From a virus, in IMG/VR virus record IMGVR_UViG_3300031746_002125, positions 8,450 to 72,449 of that record: 64,000 nt of DNA. One strand, given 5' to 3'. Positions within the stretch are counted from its first letter, which is position 1. Each line of letters begins with the position of its first letter. The notes beneath the pieces are model-generated. The model saw only the letters and a program-made list of their open reading frames with translations. It was not told the DNA's origin and did not search any database. A program made the position numbers and the translations under genes. Below are positions 9,960 to 20,732 of the stretch, one piece after another.

Positions 9960-10493
9960 TTACCAATTATCCGGGAAACCCATTGACCCCGCAAAAATGG
10001 TGTGTAAATCGTTACGACTACTTTCTTTAGGAGTCCCTGTTTCGATGGTCCAATATGGTTTACGATCTGGTTCACAAGAATATAATCCACTTTGCCACGG
10101 AAAACCAATAATTCGCGTATGTCCTGCGATGCAACAACCTAATTGTTGTGATATGTTTTTAGCAAATTTGTGCCCCTTTGTTCCAAAAAACGTTGCACAT
10201 GATCTAAACCAAATAAGACTATTTTTATTAACAAGTGGTTTAAGCGTCTCTATAAATGAATCCTGGATTGTCTGTTCCCCAATATAAACGTTGCCGGGAA
10301 CCCCATGGCTCCATATTTGAATAACATCAATTAGATCTAAACCAAGTTTTTTCAATTCTATTTCGGCCTCAGTCCACGATTTCACACCAATAGATTTCCA
10401 TCCAAATTGTATTTTCGAATAAATATTCCAAGATAGACCCTGGATTCCAGTATCGCCCTTGTCGTATAAAATGATTTTTTGTTTACTTTTCAT
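9960..10493 (-). CDS. DUF4347-like protein with His-Gly...Cys (caspase-like) signature
   Basis: IQIWSHGVPG and IWFRSCATF motifs. Confidence 0.45.
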   Translation of the reverse strand: MKSKQKIILYDKGDTGIQGLSWNIYSKIQFGWKSIGVKSWTEAEIELKKLGLDLIDVIQIWSHGVPGNVYIGEQTIQDSFIETLKPLVNKNSLIWFRSCATFFGTKGHKFAKNISQQLGCCIAGHTRIIGFPWQSGLYSCEPDRKPYWTIETGTPKESSRNDLHTIFAGSMGFPDNW

Positions 10494-10713
10494 TTATAAA
10501 AACCTCCACCTCTTTATAAAACTTATCTTTAGTTTTTACTTCCTTACTTACTAATCCACCATGAGAATCCGGATAATCCTTCGGGACCATCATATATTGA
10601 ATCATTTGTTTCATACTATCTGGACCCACTGTTTCCACAGTATAACTAAATCTTTTATATGGATTTCCATCATAATCGGTTCCTTTTAGAAAAACTCACC
10701 TCGTCTGCTTGTA

Positions 10714-11190
10714 CTATGGTTTTTCTGTTGGCCCATTTTTTACAACTTTTGTGTTAGCGCCAGCGGCATCGGCTTCGTCCAATGTAATATTAAATTCTTT
10801 ACAAATAGTTTCGATCTCTTTAAACTCTGCCGAGGATTTTTGGTAGGTTTTTAACAAATTTTTTGCATGTTTCTCCAGGTGCGATTTTGCCCTTGCGTGA
10901 AAACCGACACTATCCTCAACGAGAACTTTTACAAGAGGCTCACGAGCCAGCGCATTGCGTAGGTGCGGAATATCAACTGTGCTGTCGGAAAGACCATCCG
11001 TAGCCGTCTTTACGTGGTGGGGTAAATGACGGAAGCGGGTTTCTACCATGTGTTCTGTTTTGGGATTTGGTGATTTGGTTGCGCCCCGTTCGATCAAGAA
11101 ACACGAATCGTTGAAGGAACTATCTCCCCACCCTGCTTCGGTATATCTTTCTGCGGCTTCCTTTATAGATTCATAGAATTTTTCTGACAT
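10714..11190 (-). CDS. Conserved head-region phage protein
   Basis: RHLPHH..VDIPHLRNALAR motif, which I recognise from phage head modules. Confidence 0.5.
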   Translation of the reverse strand: MSEKFYESIKEAAERYTEAGWGDSSFNDSCFLIERGATKSPNPKTEHMVETRFRHLPHHVKTATDGLSDSTVDIPHLRNALAREPLVKVLVEDSVGFHARAKSHLEKHAKNLLKTYQKSSAEFKEIETICKEFNITLDEADAAGANTKVVKNGPTEKP

Positions 11191-12317
11191 AGATATTTTC
11201 CTTTCTTTTCAAACCATTCATTAAAATTACTAGTATGCTTAGACGAGTTACAATTTCTACACATTAGATTTAAATTTTTTAAATCAAACAAAGATATAAT
11301 TTCTTCCTTTGTTTTTGCTCTCTTTAATGGAATAACATGATCTATAGACAATACACGTTCGTTATAGGAAATATGACAAATCGGGCATCTATTGTCCTGT
11401 AATTTTTTAATATTGTCCAAGTATTTATATAATTGTCTTCTGTTGTAAGGCAACAACTTCCACAAATTAGAATAACGATATTCTCTTTTAAAACACTTGC
11501 TAATAATTCCCCTTAATCTATTTTCAAGTTTATGCGAGAAAGAACAACAACAAACCGAACAGACCAGGACATTATATTTGGTCTTATAATGTTTTGTATT
11601 GCCATGTTTTTTGCAAACAGCAATTATTTTACCATTTTGATCTATTCCTACTATTTCTTTTGGACCATATTGATTTTTATATTTTGTCTTAAGCCCCAAA
11701 ATATTGGCTTTTGATATAACAGATCTTATTCCCCTATTTAATTCATTACAGCAAAACTTAGATCCTTTTAAATAATAATTATTTTTTAAAAATTCTAATT
11801 CTTCATTGGTCCATGGATCTACAATATTTCTTATTGGTTCTATTTCTCTGCACCAAGTAGACACAGATGCCCTACTAGCACCCAATTTTTTAGCTATATT
11901 CGCAAATGTTAATCCATGTTCTTTTCTTAATTTAATTGCTTCTATTTTTAGGTTATCATCAAAAGATTTTGCAGGATTGTTTTTATTTAGTTTAAATTTT
12001 TGCTCTTCGGTTAATACAACATCTCTGGTGTGTTTGCTAATTGATCCAACATTTATTCCTGTGATATTTCTTATTTGATAATAAGATAATCCTTGCTGTC
12101 TCAATTCTCTAATTTGATTCCGCAAAGGTTCATTAATAATAATATTTTTTTTATTTTTAATATACATTTTATATCTTTGTTCATCTGTCATTTTTACATT
12201 TTTAGTATATCTAACAACAGTGGATCTATCTACTTTAACGATACTAGAAATCTCTTGCTGAGATAATCCATCTTTCCTTAATTCAACAATTCTATCCCTA
12301 GCTTCCTGACTGATCAT
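11163..12317 (-). CDS. HTH-repeat HNH endonuclease
   Basis: Three HTH units; CPIC..IDHVIPL..NLNLMCRNCNSSK. Confidence 0.85.
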   Translation of the reverse strand: MISQEARDRIVELRKDGLSQQEISSIVKVDRSTVVRYTKNVKMTDEQRYKMYIKNKKNIIINEPLRNQIRELRQQGLSYYQIRNITGINVGSISKHTRDVVLTEEQKFKLNKNNPAKSFDDNLKIEAIKLRKEHGLTFANIAKKLGASRASVSTWCREIEPIRNIVDPWTNEELEFLKNNYYLKGSKFCCNELNRGIRSVISKANILGLKTKYKNQYGPKEIVGIDQNGKIIAVCKKHGNTKHYKTKYNVLVCSVCCCSFSHKLENRLRGIISKCFKREYRYSNLWKLLPYNRRQLYKYLDNIKKLQDNRCPICHISYNERVLSIDHVIPLKRAKTKEEIISLFDLKNLNLMCRNCNSSKHTSNFNEWFEKKGKYLCQKNSMNL

Positions 12318-12410
12318 CCCTTAAACCGCCTCCAAAAATTAAAAAAATGTCCATACGACGTATTTGCCATCGCACACCCCAACATAACCCCAAATATATA
12401 ATAATATATT

Positions 12411-14489
12411 TTATTCCTCAGAATTCATCAACGCCCAAGCGCTCGCAGCCAATGATCTAATTTCTTTAAATACCGGAACCCTATTTTTAATTGTAGTATA
12501 ATCGTTTTTTAATTCTTTGAAAATATTATAAAAATCATTTACCTTGCTATTATCTGTCTCGCCGATTATTTTATCAATCTCGTCCTTATTTAATATACTA
12601 TTATGATTTAAATTAGATAAAACAATAAATTTGATATTATTAAGTTCTTCTTTTTGGTCTTTTCCGAGACTTCTTATATTTTTTATTTTATTTTTATTTA
12701 AGAATATAGGATCAACCAACTCGTCTAATTGGTCCATAAAATCTTCTGCGACCGTCCTTAAAATCGAAAGAACTTTTGGCGTGCGGACCTTTCTTGTTTT
12801 CAAATCTTTTGTGTTCCGGGGTCTTCCGGGACTTGTTATTCCTTCTTTCCTTGGCTGGTCTCCTCCGAGATTCTCCCCTCCTCCTTTTAAGCCTTCTAAT
12901 TCAATCTGAGTTTGTCGTTGATGTTCCATAAGGCTCACAGGGCGATAATATGGATTTGCCTTCTCAAGCAGTCCAGGATCTTTCTCCCTAATTCCGTTTT
13001 CAAATCTCATATTTTCTAATTCTATTTCAAAATCTTTTCCAAACACTTTTTGAACCGTTTCAACAGATACTATATTTCTGTCAAGCAATTGAATAACAAG
13101 AGATTTTTCCGCTACTTCGTCACGAAGAGACATGGTTTGAAATATCACGCGAGGAATCTTTTTAAATTGCATCGCATCAGCAACTAACTGTAATTCATTT
13201 TCAATCCAGGTGATGCATTTTAATCTAACATATTCCAGTCTTTCTACTAGTGTTTTTAACTGTACAAAAATGGTTTGTGAACTTCCGCTATTTGAATCAC
13301 CTCCACCTATTAGAGAATCCGGTATCCCCAGCCCTCTTATTATATCTTTGTTAACGGATTCGTATTTTGCTGATCCGAGAATTTTATCTATGGGAGGATA
13401 ATCTATTTTAAAATCAATCATATCATCCCAAACAAGATCCAGCACGCCTCCTCCAACATTGTGTTGAAGAATATTTATTAATTTGTTTACGGCGGCGGGC
13501 GTAGGAAATATTTGTTTATCTGAGTTGCCAAGTTTCCATAATCTAACGGCATTAACAACACCGTCTAAAGCCGCCATATCCGCTTGCTTCATTTTATCTT
13601 TTAATAGAACTTCTTCTATAATCCCCATTAAAAATGGAGTTCCCCAGTCTTCCCAATCATCTTTTTTATAATAATCAACATAAATTTTATCTGGATCAAG
13701 AGCTATTAATTTGGTTCCTTTTTTAACGGCTTGTATAATTTCTATTGGAAGCATTTTAATAAATTCTTTTTCGGATTTTGTTTTAGGATTATTAATTGAT
13801 TGAGCCAGTTCTGTAGAAATTCTCATTGCTAAAGATTGATTTCCAAAATATCTACCTACAGCACCACCAATTTTTTCAATCATGGTTGGAGATAAAAATA
13901 CATAACTCCATGGGATTTCTCTTTTATTTATTTTTGTATTATCTGGACCTATTACCTCTGGTTGTTCACTAAATTTTCTTTCATCAACGGGTTCAGTATT
14001 ATAATAATCTGCTTTGCTCATATCTTTGACGAGTGATCTTTTAATAATTGCTGTTTTTCTTCGAATGATCACGTTTGCGTCTCGCATTAAATATTTCATA
14101 AAATCATTGGCGCGAGATTCGAGATTAACTTTTTTTGCCCATTCTTTGTAAAATCTCTCTTGGCTTTTTATTGGATGTCGAAGGTCTAAACCTTCCGAAG
14201 CAAAGTCGCTCATTAAATCAATAATGTTTCTTATTAACCCATTTTTCTTATAGATAGCCTGAGTAAGTTGAATTATTTCAGAGTGCGTTGTCGGCACCCT
14301 GTCTTCAGGACGGAAACGGTCTGTGTCCCAACGATTAAAGCCTGCCTTTAAATTGATCTCGCGGGTACTATTGCCTATACTTCTTCCGCCCCCGCGACTT
14401 AAAAAACACGCCTCCGGAAGACTATAGTTTTCTAATTTGCCATCTGTTTGATAGAGATTTTCTGGCTTTTTTATTTCTTCTTTGTCCAT
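12411..14489 (-). CDS. Portal protein
   Basis: 692 aa between TerL and protease; LIRNIIDLMSDF, YYKKDDWEDWGTP, GLGIPDSLIGG. Confidence 0.8.
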   Translation of the reverse strand: MDKEEIKKPENLYQTDGKLENYSLPEACFLSRGGGRSIGNSTREINLKAGFNRWDTDRFRPEDRVPTTHSEIIQLTQAIYKKNGLIRNIIDLMSDFASEGLDLRHPIKSQERFYKEWAKKVNLESRANDFMKYLMRDANVIIRRKTAIIKRSLVKDMSKADYYNTEPVDERKFSEQPEVIGPDNTKINKREIPWSYVFLSPTMIEKIGGAVGRYFGNQSLAMRISTELAQSINNPKTKSEKEFIKMLPIEIIQAVKKGTKLIALDPDKIYVDYYKKDDWEDWGTPFLMGIIEEVLLKDKMKQADMAALDGVVNAVRLWKLGNSDKQIFPTPAAVNKLINILQHNVGGGVLDLVWDDMIDFKIDYPPIDKILGSAKYESVNKDIIRGLGIPDSLIGGGDSNSGSSQTIFVQLKTLVERLEYVRLKCITWIENELQLVADAMQFKKIPRVIFQTMSLRDEVAEKSLVIQLLDRNIVSVETVQKVFGKDFEIELENMRFENGIREKDPGLLEKANPYYRPVSLMEHQRQTQIELEGLKGGGENLGGDQPRKEGITSPGRPRNTKDLKTRKVRTPKVLSILRTVAEDFMDQLDELVDPIFLNKNKIKNIRSLGKDQKEELNNIKFIVLSNLNHNSILNKDEIDKIIGETDNSKVNDFYNIFKELKNDYTTIKNRVPVFKEIRSLAASAWALMNSEE

Positions 14490-14521
14490 AAATAATTCCT
14501 AATTCAATTGCAATGCAATCA

Positions 14522-15547
14522 CTATCCTATTGATACACAATTATTAAAATATTCTTTCTTTTTATTCCATTCGTGTAAATTATTATCATTTTTACTAGAA
14601 TTACAATTTTTACATAATAATGAAAGATTTTTTAAATCAAATAAATCTATAATTTCTTTTTCGGTTTTGGCCGTTGCAAGAGGAATGATATGATCTATAC
14701 TTATTTTACATTTATCGTAACAAACTTTGCACGATGGACATTTATTATTTTGTAATTTTTTAATATTTTCAAGATGATTAAATAAATCCTTAATGCCATA
14801 GCTCAGGTGACGAAAACACCCCTTGGTTTTTAAAGCATTGTTTTTTGATATTCTTTTAAGGCCGTCTCCCATGCGATGCCTTAAATTGTGTGCAAATTTA
14901 TTAATTGGATTTTCTAACCATTTTTTACGCCACTTTCTTTCCCTTTCTTTTCTTTTAATTCTTATTTCCTCTATTTCATCTCTTTTTTTAGCACAAAATT
15001 TTGCACACAATTGACATCTCAAACCATTATTCTTCTTATTTATTTGATGTTTACATATTCCGTGCTTAGGACAAGAGGCTAATGCGACCGTTTTACTGAG
15101 TAGATTGATTATTTCTCTGGGGCGTTTCCCATCTCTATATTTTGTATGCAAACCAAGACGATTAATTTTATGCCTAGTTCTATATATAGATTTTTTTAAT
15201 TTATTGGCACACCAAGTTGCGCCCTTTTCCGGATAAAATTCTGTTAGAATATTCACCTCGGCTTTTGTCCAACTGGTTTTTTGTTCTATGTTAAAACATC
15301 CACAACTTTTTGTATTTCCATTTTGTAAACAATATCCTAAAATTACTTTTTCGTTTCCGCAATCGCACCTACATAACCATAGATATTGTCCATGACTATT
15401 TTTCCCACAACATTTAATCGGAGTCAATCTTCCAAATTTTTTCCCTGTTAAATCAATTAATTTACCCACTTTAAATTTTTTCTCCTTGTTTAATCCCCCC
15501 CAGCGCGTCGGAATATTTCTTTTTGTTCGTATTCTCCATTGCTCCAC
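14522..15547 (-). CDS. HNH homing endonuclease
   Basis: DLTGKKFGRL..WLCRCDCG..TKSCGC domain; C-terminal IDHIIPL..LCKNCNSSK, paralogous to 11163..12317. Confidence 0.85.
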   Translation of the reverse strand: MEQWRIRTKRNIPTRWGGLNKEKKFKVGKLIDLTGKKFGRLTPIKCCGKNSHGQYLWLCRCDCGNEKVILGYCLQNGNTKSCGCFNIEQKTSWTKAEVNILTEFYPEKGATWCANKLKKSIYRTRHKINRLGLHTKYRDGKRPREIINLLSKTVALASCPKHGICKHQINKKNNGLRCQLCAKFCAKKRDEIEEIRIKRKERERKWRKKWLENPINKFAHNLRHRMGDGLKRISKNNALKTKGCFRHLSYGIKDLFNHLENIKKLQNNKCPSCKVCYDKCKISIDHIIPLATAKTEKEIIDLFDLKNLSLLCKNCNSSKNDNNLHEWNKKKEYFNNCVSIG

Positions 15548-17582
15548 AACCTGCTCCTCGATAAAGTCCGTGGTTTGGGTTTGTCTTTATGAGTTGGAAG
15601 TTGCCCGGAACATCATCATAGCTTATCGGCATTGTTGGTGCAGCATCTATGGTGTAAACGTACTTGTGGGCGATCAATAGTGACGTGTACCTATCTTTCC
15701 TCAATCTACCCTTCTTCTGCCTGCCCTCCATAATCGCTCCTGTTATGACGCTAGGGGTCGAGAAATGTTCTTTCCCACTTGGGGTCTCGCTACGTTGGAT
15801 GGTGCAAATTTCATTCTTTAATTCCTCAATATTATAAATATTTTCTTCGTATGTGTCATTAGTAATATTAAGAGCCTTTTCAGCAATTAAAGAAGATTGC
15901 ATGATAGTGACATCAAAGGCCGGAAACAATAATCTTTTTGTCTCAAATGATTTGTGAAGAGCAGCGTTTGCATAAGCATTGAATTCCGAAGTAGGTTGAA
16001 CGAGATGTAAAATATGCGGCCCATCCGTTTCACCATCGGTAGGTTTCAAATGATCCACATCAATAATCTCGTAAACGGGAACCTCCCCCTTTTCTTTGTC
16101 GAGTCCCTTTTTTGATCGTAGCATTTCAGAAATTGGATATCCGCATCCCTGACTATCCATTTCAATTCTAATTGGTTCAAATAATCTAATCAATTCTCTA
16201 ATTTTTGAACAACAATAATCATAATAATCTATTTTTTCATCTATTAAACCACCCTTTTTCTTTTTATTAAATTCTGGTTTATTTATAGCCCAACAATAAA
16301 CAACCCTGTAATGATTAGGCCATGCTTCTAAAATGGTGATACCAAATCTGTCGCTTTCTGCTCCGGGGTCTATTCCAAAAATATATTTTCTTCCTCTAAT
16401 TCCTCGCATCATTGGCGTAAAGATAACTTCGCCATCCGGTGTCATTATAGATTTATTCGGAGTTGTGGTGCATGATTCAATTAAACTTCTACAAAAATAA
16501 CCGTCCGAATCTTTAACAAATAATCCTTCGTACTCCATTAAATAGATATTCTTTGGAAGTGTAGCCTTCGCATTAGCCAACATTCTTTTGTCAAGCAAAC
16601 CTTCTGGCAAAAAAGAACTGGGTATTCTAATTATTGCATAATCTTTATAATTAAAATTCTTGGGAATATTATTAAATCCACCAAATATTTCTGATATTTT
16701 GTTAATGTCTCCTTTGCTTTCTATTATTTTTTTCCACATATCAAATTTTTGTGCGAAATGATTAAATTGATAATATGCGGTTCCAGCACATATTATTTGA
16801 TTTCCATCTTTTTGTGGTTCAATAATTTGTTGTTTTATATCATCGTTTATATTCAATGCTTTTAATCTTTTTTCTATAGCTAAATGTTTTGCGGTATCAA
16901 CAGGAGTTTTAGTTGTCGAAGCAAACCCCTGAACCACAGTGTTAAAAATCTCCTCTGGAATTGATGAATATTCATCGGCTATAATTGTTGAAGCTCTAAA
17001 TCCCCTAATTTTTTCTCCCGTTCCTAGTGGCAATGCAGTTATTATAGATTGCCCAATACGAAAATAACAGAGATCAACATTTTGGCGCGGACCAGCAGTT
17101 TTTCCTCCACCGATAATACTACGTAAAACGGGAGCGTTGCTCCATATTGTTTCTATATAACTAAATACAATCCTTGCTTGGCGCAAGCCTGCTCCAATAA
17201 TTACAACTTTACTTCCTTGGTCAAGAAGTGCTCTTAAAATTGCATATGTAGCAAGACAAAAGCTTTTTGCGCCACCTCTCGCCGCAACAAGCAAAGGAAG
17301 TGGTGTTTTCCAAAGTATTTGAAGAATTGCAATCTGATAAGGAAAAAGCTCGATGTTAAGAATATATTTTGCAGTCCACGCTATATTGTCTATATTAAGC
17401 ATTTCTTTAACGATATATTTATCTAAACGTTCACCAGAAGTTTTTAGGTCAGAAAAAATATGCTCGTCGATTATCGGGGTAGTTTCTCTGTATGGAAAAA
17501 GATAAGAAAATTCACCCTGATACCCAGTAAGAATATCTTGTATTTCAGCAGAAATTTCTTGTTTTATTCCGATATTATCCAT
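15471..17582 (-). CDS. terL: Terminase large subunit
   Basis: Q-motif LFPYQ, Walker A AARGGAKS, GEKIRG, Walker B IIADE, nuclease motifs GIDP and KDRYTSL. Confidence 0.92.
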   Translation of the reverse strand: MDNIGIKQEISAEIQDILTGYQGEFSYLFPYRETTPIIDEHIFSDLKTSGERLDKYIVKEMLNIDNIAWTAKYILNIELFPYQIAILQILWKTPLPLLVAARGGAKSFCLATYAILRALLDQGSKVVIIGAGLRQARIVFSYIETIWSNAPVLRSIIGGGKTAGPRQNVDLCYFRIGQSIITALPLGTGEKIRGFRASTIIADEYSSIPEEIFNTVVQGFASTTKTPVDTAKHLAIEKRLKALNINDDIKQQIIEPQKDGNQIICAGTAYYQFNHFAQKFDMWKKIIESKGDINKISEIFGGFNNIPKNFNYKDYAIIRIPSSFLPEGLLDKRMLANAKATLPKNIYLMEYEGLFVKDSDGYFCRSLIESCTTTPNKSIMTPDGEVIFTPMMRGIRGRKYIFGIDPGAESDRFGITILEAWPNHYRVVYCWAINKPEFNKKKKGGLIDEKIDYYDYCCSKIRELIRLFEPIRIEMDSQGCGYPISEMLRSKKGLDKEKGEVPVYEIIDVDHLKPTDGETDGPHILHLVQPTSEFNAYANAALHKSFETKRLLFPAFDVTIMQSSLIAEKALNITNDTYEENIYNIEELKNEICTIQRSETPSGKEHFSTPSVITGAIMEGRQKKGRLRKDRYTSLLIAHKYVYTIDAAPTMPISYDDVPGNFQLIKTNPNHGLYRGAGCGAMENTNKKKYSDALGGIKQGEKI

Positions 17583-18067
17583 CTATCCTTTTCTTTTCTT
17601 ACAACAGACTCAAAAATACTTTGTGCATATTGTCTTCCTGTATTCCCAACAGGAACAATATGAACATCATATTCAACACCAAGAGATGTAAGCCACTGAA
17701 CGATTGCTTTTCCCGGTACTCCACGGGTAAATTGAGGTGGACTAAGATTGAAAATATCGGTTGTTAATTGTCCCTCTATTAGAATATATTTATATTTTAT
17801 TCCTCTCATTCGTTCCATTTCTTCTTCAAACAAATCTCTTTTCCCATAATTTACCCAGATCTCGCTAAAATCTGCTTTTCTTTCAATAGCTAAAATATCG
17901 GTGTAACCTTTCAGAGAATAGTCTCCCGTCTTTAATGTTGCAATTTCCATTCCGAGACAACGAGGTGGACGCCTTTCTGGTTTGTGGGCCTTAAATTCCC
18001 AACCAAAGCCCTCTTTATCACGCGAATCCCTCATAACCATATATTCTGGCAACACCAATCTACCCAT
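17564..18067 (-). CDS. ERCC4-domain nuclease
   Basis: DSRD..TLKTGDYSLKG..IERKAD motif. Confidence 0.8.
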   Translation of the reverse strand: MGRLVLPEYMVMRDSRDKEGFGWEFKAHKPERRPPRCLGMEIATLKTGDYSLKGYTDILAIERKADFSEIWVNYGKRDLFEEEMERMRGIKYKYILIEGQLTTDIFNLSPPQFTRGVPGKAIVQWLTSLGVEYDVHIVPVGNTGRQYAQSIFESVVRKEKDRWIISE

Positions 18068-18968
18068 TATCCGACTCCTCTTCTATAATATCTTCTCCGT
18101 CTAATATAAGTGGTTCGAACGATCCGTCAGACAATTCTTGCGGTTTGCGCCAATTTTCTTTTATATCATCCGACGCTATCTTTGTCAAACTTGCGTAACG
18201 GCCCTGCTTTGTTCTCTCGGCCTCGGAAGATTGGAGAATCGCAACAAGATTAAAAAACGATTCTTTTCCACCTCTTAATTCATCAATCCTGTCTTTTCTG
18301 GTTGCCGCCAAATTTGAATATATTTTATCGCGCCCCGTAACAAGTTTATCATATCTTTCACTTACTTTTGCAAAATCGGATCTTTTCTGGTCAAGTAATC
18401 TATATTGTTGAATCCTTAATTGTTTTACATCCTTGTCTTCATCCTCTTTAATTGGATTATTAGCAGACCATCCGGTCAATTCTGTTATTTCTTCTTGAAA
18501 AGATTTCATTAAAATAAGTTGTCTGTTTATAAGAATTCTATGTTTCAAAAATTCATCGAGTTGAAAATATTCGCTCATTACTAAATCAGAAAATTGAACG
18601 CACAAATTACCATATTCTTCTATATACACGTCTATCTCATCATCAGTAAATTGGCTTTTTAAAATAATATAGAGATGACTTTCTTTGAAGCGTTTTCTAA
18701 ACCATTCCGCCTGTTCTGAATCTCCCAGACCTGGGGGAGGAATGGAGAATGCTTTTGTTATTTCTTTTGTAGGGGAAACGGATTCTATTTTTTTATTAAT
18801 TCCAAGTTTTCTTCTAGTTCTTCTTATTGTCTCCAAATTCCACTTATAATTATAGTGATGTAAAAGTTCTTCTTGTATTTTTTTGTCTGGAACACCATCT
18901 TTACATAACTTAATACATAATTCAAGTGCTTTCGGGTTATTACTTAGTTTTTGAAAAATTTCAGGCAT
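18060..18968 (-). CDS. Hypothetical coiled-coil protein (terminase small subunit candidate)
   Basis: N-terminal HTH-like segment, helical, upstream of terL; function inferred. Confidence 0.4.
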   Translation of the reverse strand: MPEIFQKLSNNPKALELCIKLCKDGVPDKKIQEELLHHYNYKWNLETIRRTRRKLGINKKIESVSPTKEITKAFSIPPPGLGDSEQAEWFRKRFKESHLYIILKSQFTDDEIDVYIEEYGNLCVQFSDLVMSEYFQLDEFLKHRILINRQLILMKSFQEEITELTGWSANNPIKEDEDKDVKQLRIQQYRLLDQKRSDFAKVSERYDKLVTGRDKIYSNLAATRKDRIDELRGGKESFFNLVAILQSSEAERTKQGRYASLTKIASDDIKENWRKPQELSDGSFEPLILDGEDIIEEESDNG

Positions 18969-19503
18969 TGAGATATTCCCATAATGAACTAGTATTTTTT
19001 ATTGGAAATGATAGCCGACTATTTCTTTTGTTGTTGTTCTGCTCTTTTTTAGTTCTCCATTGACAATTTTTTGGAGAATATCCTTCTTTTAATTTATAAT
19101 TATCTATTCTATCTAAAGATTTTCCAATTGGTCTTTCTCCCATGTCGGAAAGAAAATTTATAAACCCATTGTTTTTTGGCAACCATCTATTGCAAACAGT
19201 AATTCCACGTCCACCATAATCTTTATAATTTGGGCATTTTGAATCTGTACACCTTTGAACCATTTGACTCCACGAAATATGCGTAGGAGATTTAAGCCCG
19301 GTTCTTGCATGACCATGTTTTATTTTTTCTTTATATAGACACCCACAACTTCTTGTGCCTCCGTCCTTTAAATGATTGCTACTAACTATCTTTTCATTAC
19401 CACAATCACACTTGCACAACCAAGTTGCGTTTCTACTAGAATCTGTTCCCACTCTTTTTCTAGCTACTAATTTTCCGAATCTTTTCCCAGTCAAATCATT
19501 CAT
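18961..19503 (-). CDS. HNH homing endonuclease
   Basis: DLTGKRFGKL..CKCDCG, YGGRGITVC, SLDRIDN..YSPKNC. Confidence 0.85.
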   Translation of the reverse strand: MNDLTGKRFGKLVARKRVGTDSSRNATWLCKCDCGNEKIVSSNHLKDGGTRSCGCLYKEKIKHGHARTGLKSPTHISWSQMVQRCTDSKCPNYKDYGGRGITVCNRWLPKNNGFINFLSDMGERPIGKSLDRIDNYKLKEGYSPKNCQWRTKKEQNNNKRNSRLSFPIKNTSSLWEYLNA

Positions 19504-20038
19504 TATTGATCTCTTTTAAAATCAACGATATATAATCTCGAACCTCTTGTAATAGACTTTTTTTAATTTTTTTGCCATCTAAAAGATCCTTAAATGGTTC
19601 GACAAGATGCGAAGGTAAATTATTAAGAATAAGTTCTTTAGTATCTTCTGCTTCAAGACTAAGAAATGGATCTGCCTCTGGAGATGACGAAGCTAAAAAT
19701 TTAGTTTTATCTGAAACACGAACATTATCTATAGAGACTGCGTTCACAAGATTAATTCGGTTTTGCGTAAGATGCTGGTTATTTATATCTGGTCTAAAAT
19801 ATTTATCTCTTTTAAGATTTTTAAGTCTATTTGTAACATGAGAATTGAGATAGTGTTCCAGTTCTCCGCATTCGGGTCTGTATCTAGAAAGTGCGTCTAA
19901 ACATAAAACCCATATTTCTTGATATATGTCTGAAGGATCAAAATATGCAAATTTATGTTTTTGTTTTCTGGATTTCGCTATTTTATTTATTATCGGTTGG
20001 GCTTTTGTTAACAATTCTTGTGATATTTTCGTCTTCAT
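19496..20038 (-). CDS. Phage sigma70/ECF-like factor
   Basis: Region-2-like DIYQEIWVLCLDALSRY..YLNSHVTNRLKNLKRD. Confidence 0.65.
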   Translation of the reverse strand: MKTKISQELLTKAQPIINKIAKSRKQKHKFAYFDPSDIYQEIWVLCLDALSRYRPECGELEHYLNSHVTNRLKNLKRDKYFRPDINNQHLTQNRINLVNAVSIDNVRVSDKTKFLASSSPEADPFLSLEAEDTKELILNNLPSHLVEPFKDLLDGKKIKKSLLQEVRDYISLILKEINNE

Positions 20039-20332
20039 CTTTTTTTAGCGCCTTGTCCTCAAACACCTCTTCAATATTAAAATTTTTGTCATCCTCTTGT
20101 TTTAAATCATCCAATACCTTGGCGCTTGCTGATTGCGTTTCTTTTACAGTTAGATTGCATTTCAATTTGGTCATATAAAGTTATACACCAAGATAGTCCT
20201 ATAATATAGTAGTTCATTTCTATAATTTTGTTTCATAAAAATTCGAGAATTGCGTATAATGCAAAGGAATAATGTATGTAAACAGGAAAGTTAAAGATAT
20301 GCTTTATTATTTGTTCTTATTAAGAAATACTT

Positions 20333-20731
20333 ATGAATCCTATTTTTGAACTTATTTTAGTCAAGAATACTTTACCGTACCTTTTTCCATACTCTATAAT
20401 AGCAAAGACTATAACAGGGAATAATGGTCTTTATGTAGAACGATCACGAATTATTGGAAATTATAAAAATCAAGTAATAGCTGAAAAGGCCAAGAAAAAT
20501 TTCGAACACCTTTTAATAAACGAAATTTTGCCTCCAGAATTCGAAGATTATAAACAGTGGCAAAATTGTAAAAGAACTCCTTATGATAGTTTTTCGGACA
20601 ATTTATCGCACATTAAACATCCAGAATGGTATAATCCAATAAAAGCCCTAGAAAAAAGAATGAAAAGTGGTAAAGAGGGGGATTTGCCACCAAAATTACC
20701 GCCATCAAAAAAAAGAAAGATTATATTATAA
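20333..20731 (+). CDS. Hypothetical protein
   Basis: 132 aa ORF starting the plus-strand block. Confidence 0.5.
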   Translation: MNPIFELILVKNTLPYLFPYSIIAKTITGNNGLYVERSRIIGNYKNQVIAEKAKKNFEHLLINEILPPEFEDYKQWQNCKRTPYDSFSDNLSHIKHPEWYNPIKALEKRMKSGKEGDLPPKLPPSKKRKIIL

Positions 20732-20732
20732 A

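Noticed and set aside
15471-17582. Intein or intron in terminase or other core genes
   Set aside because: ATPase and nuclease motifs are contiguous, with no C..HN intein ends or LAGLIDADG motifs; neighbouring HNH genes lie between complete genes.
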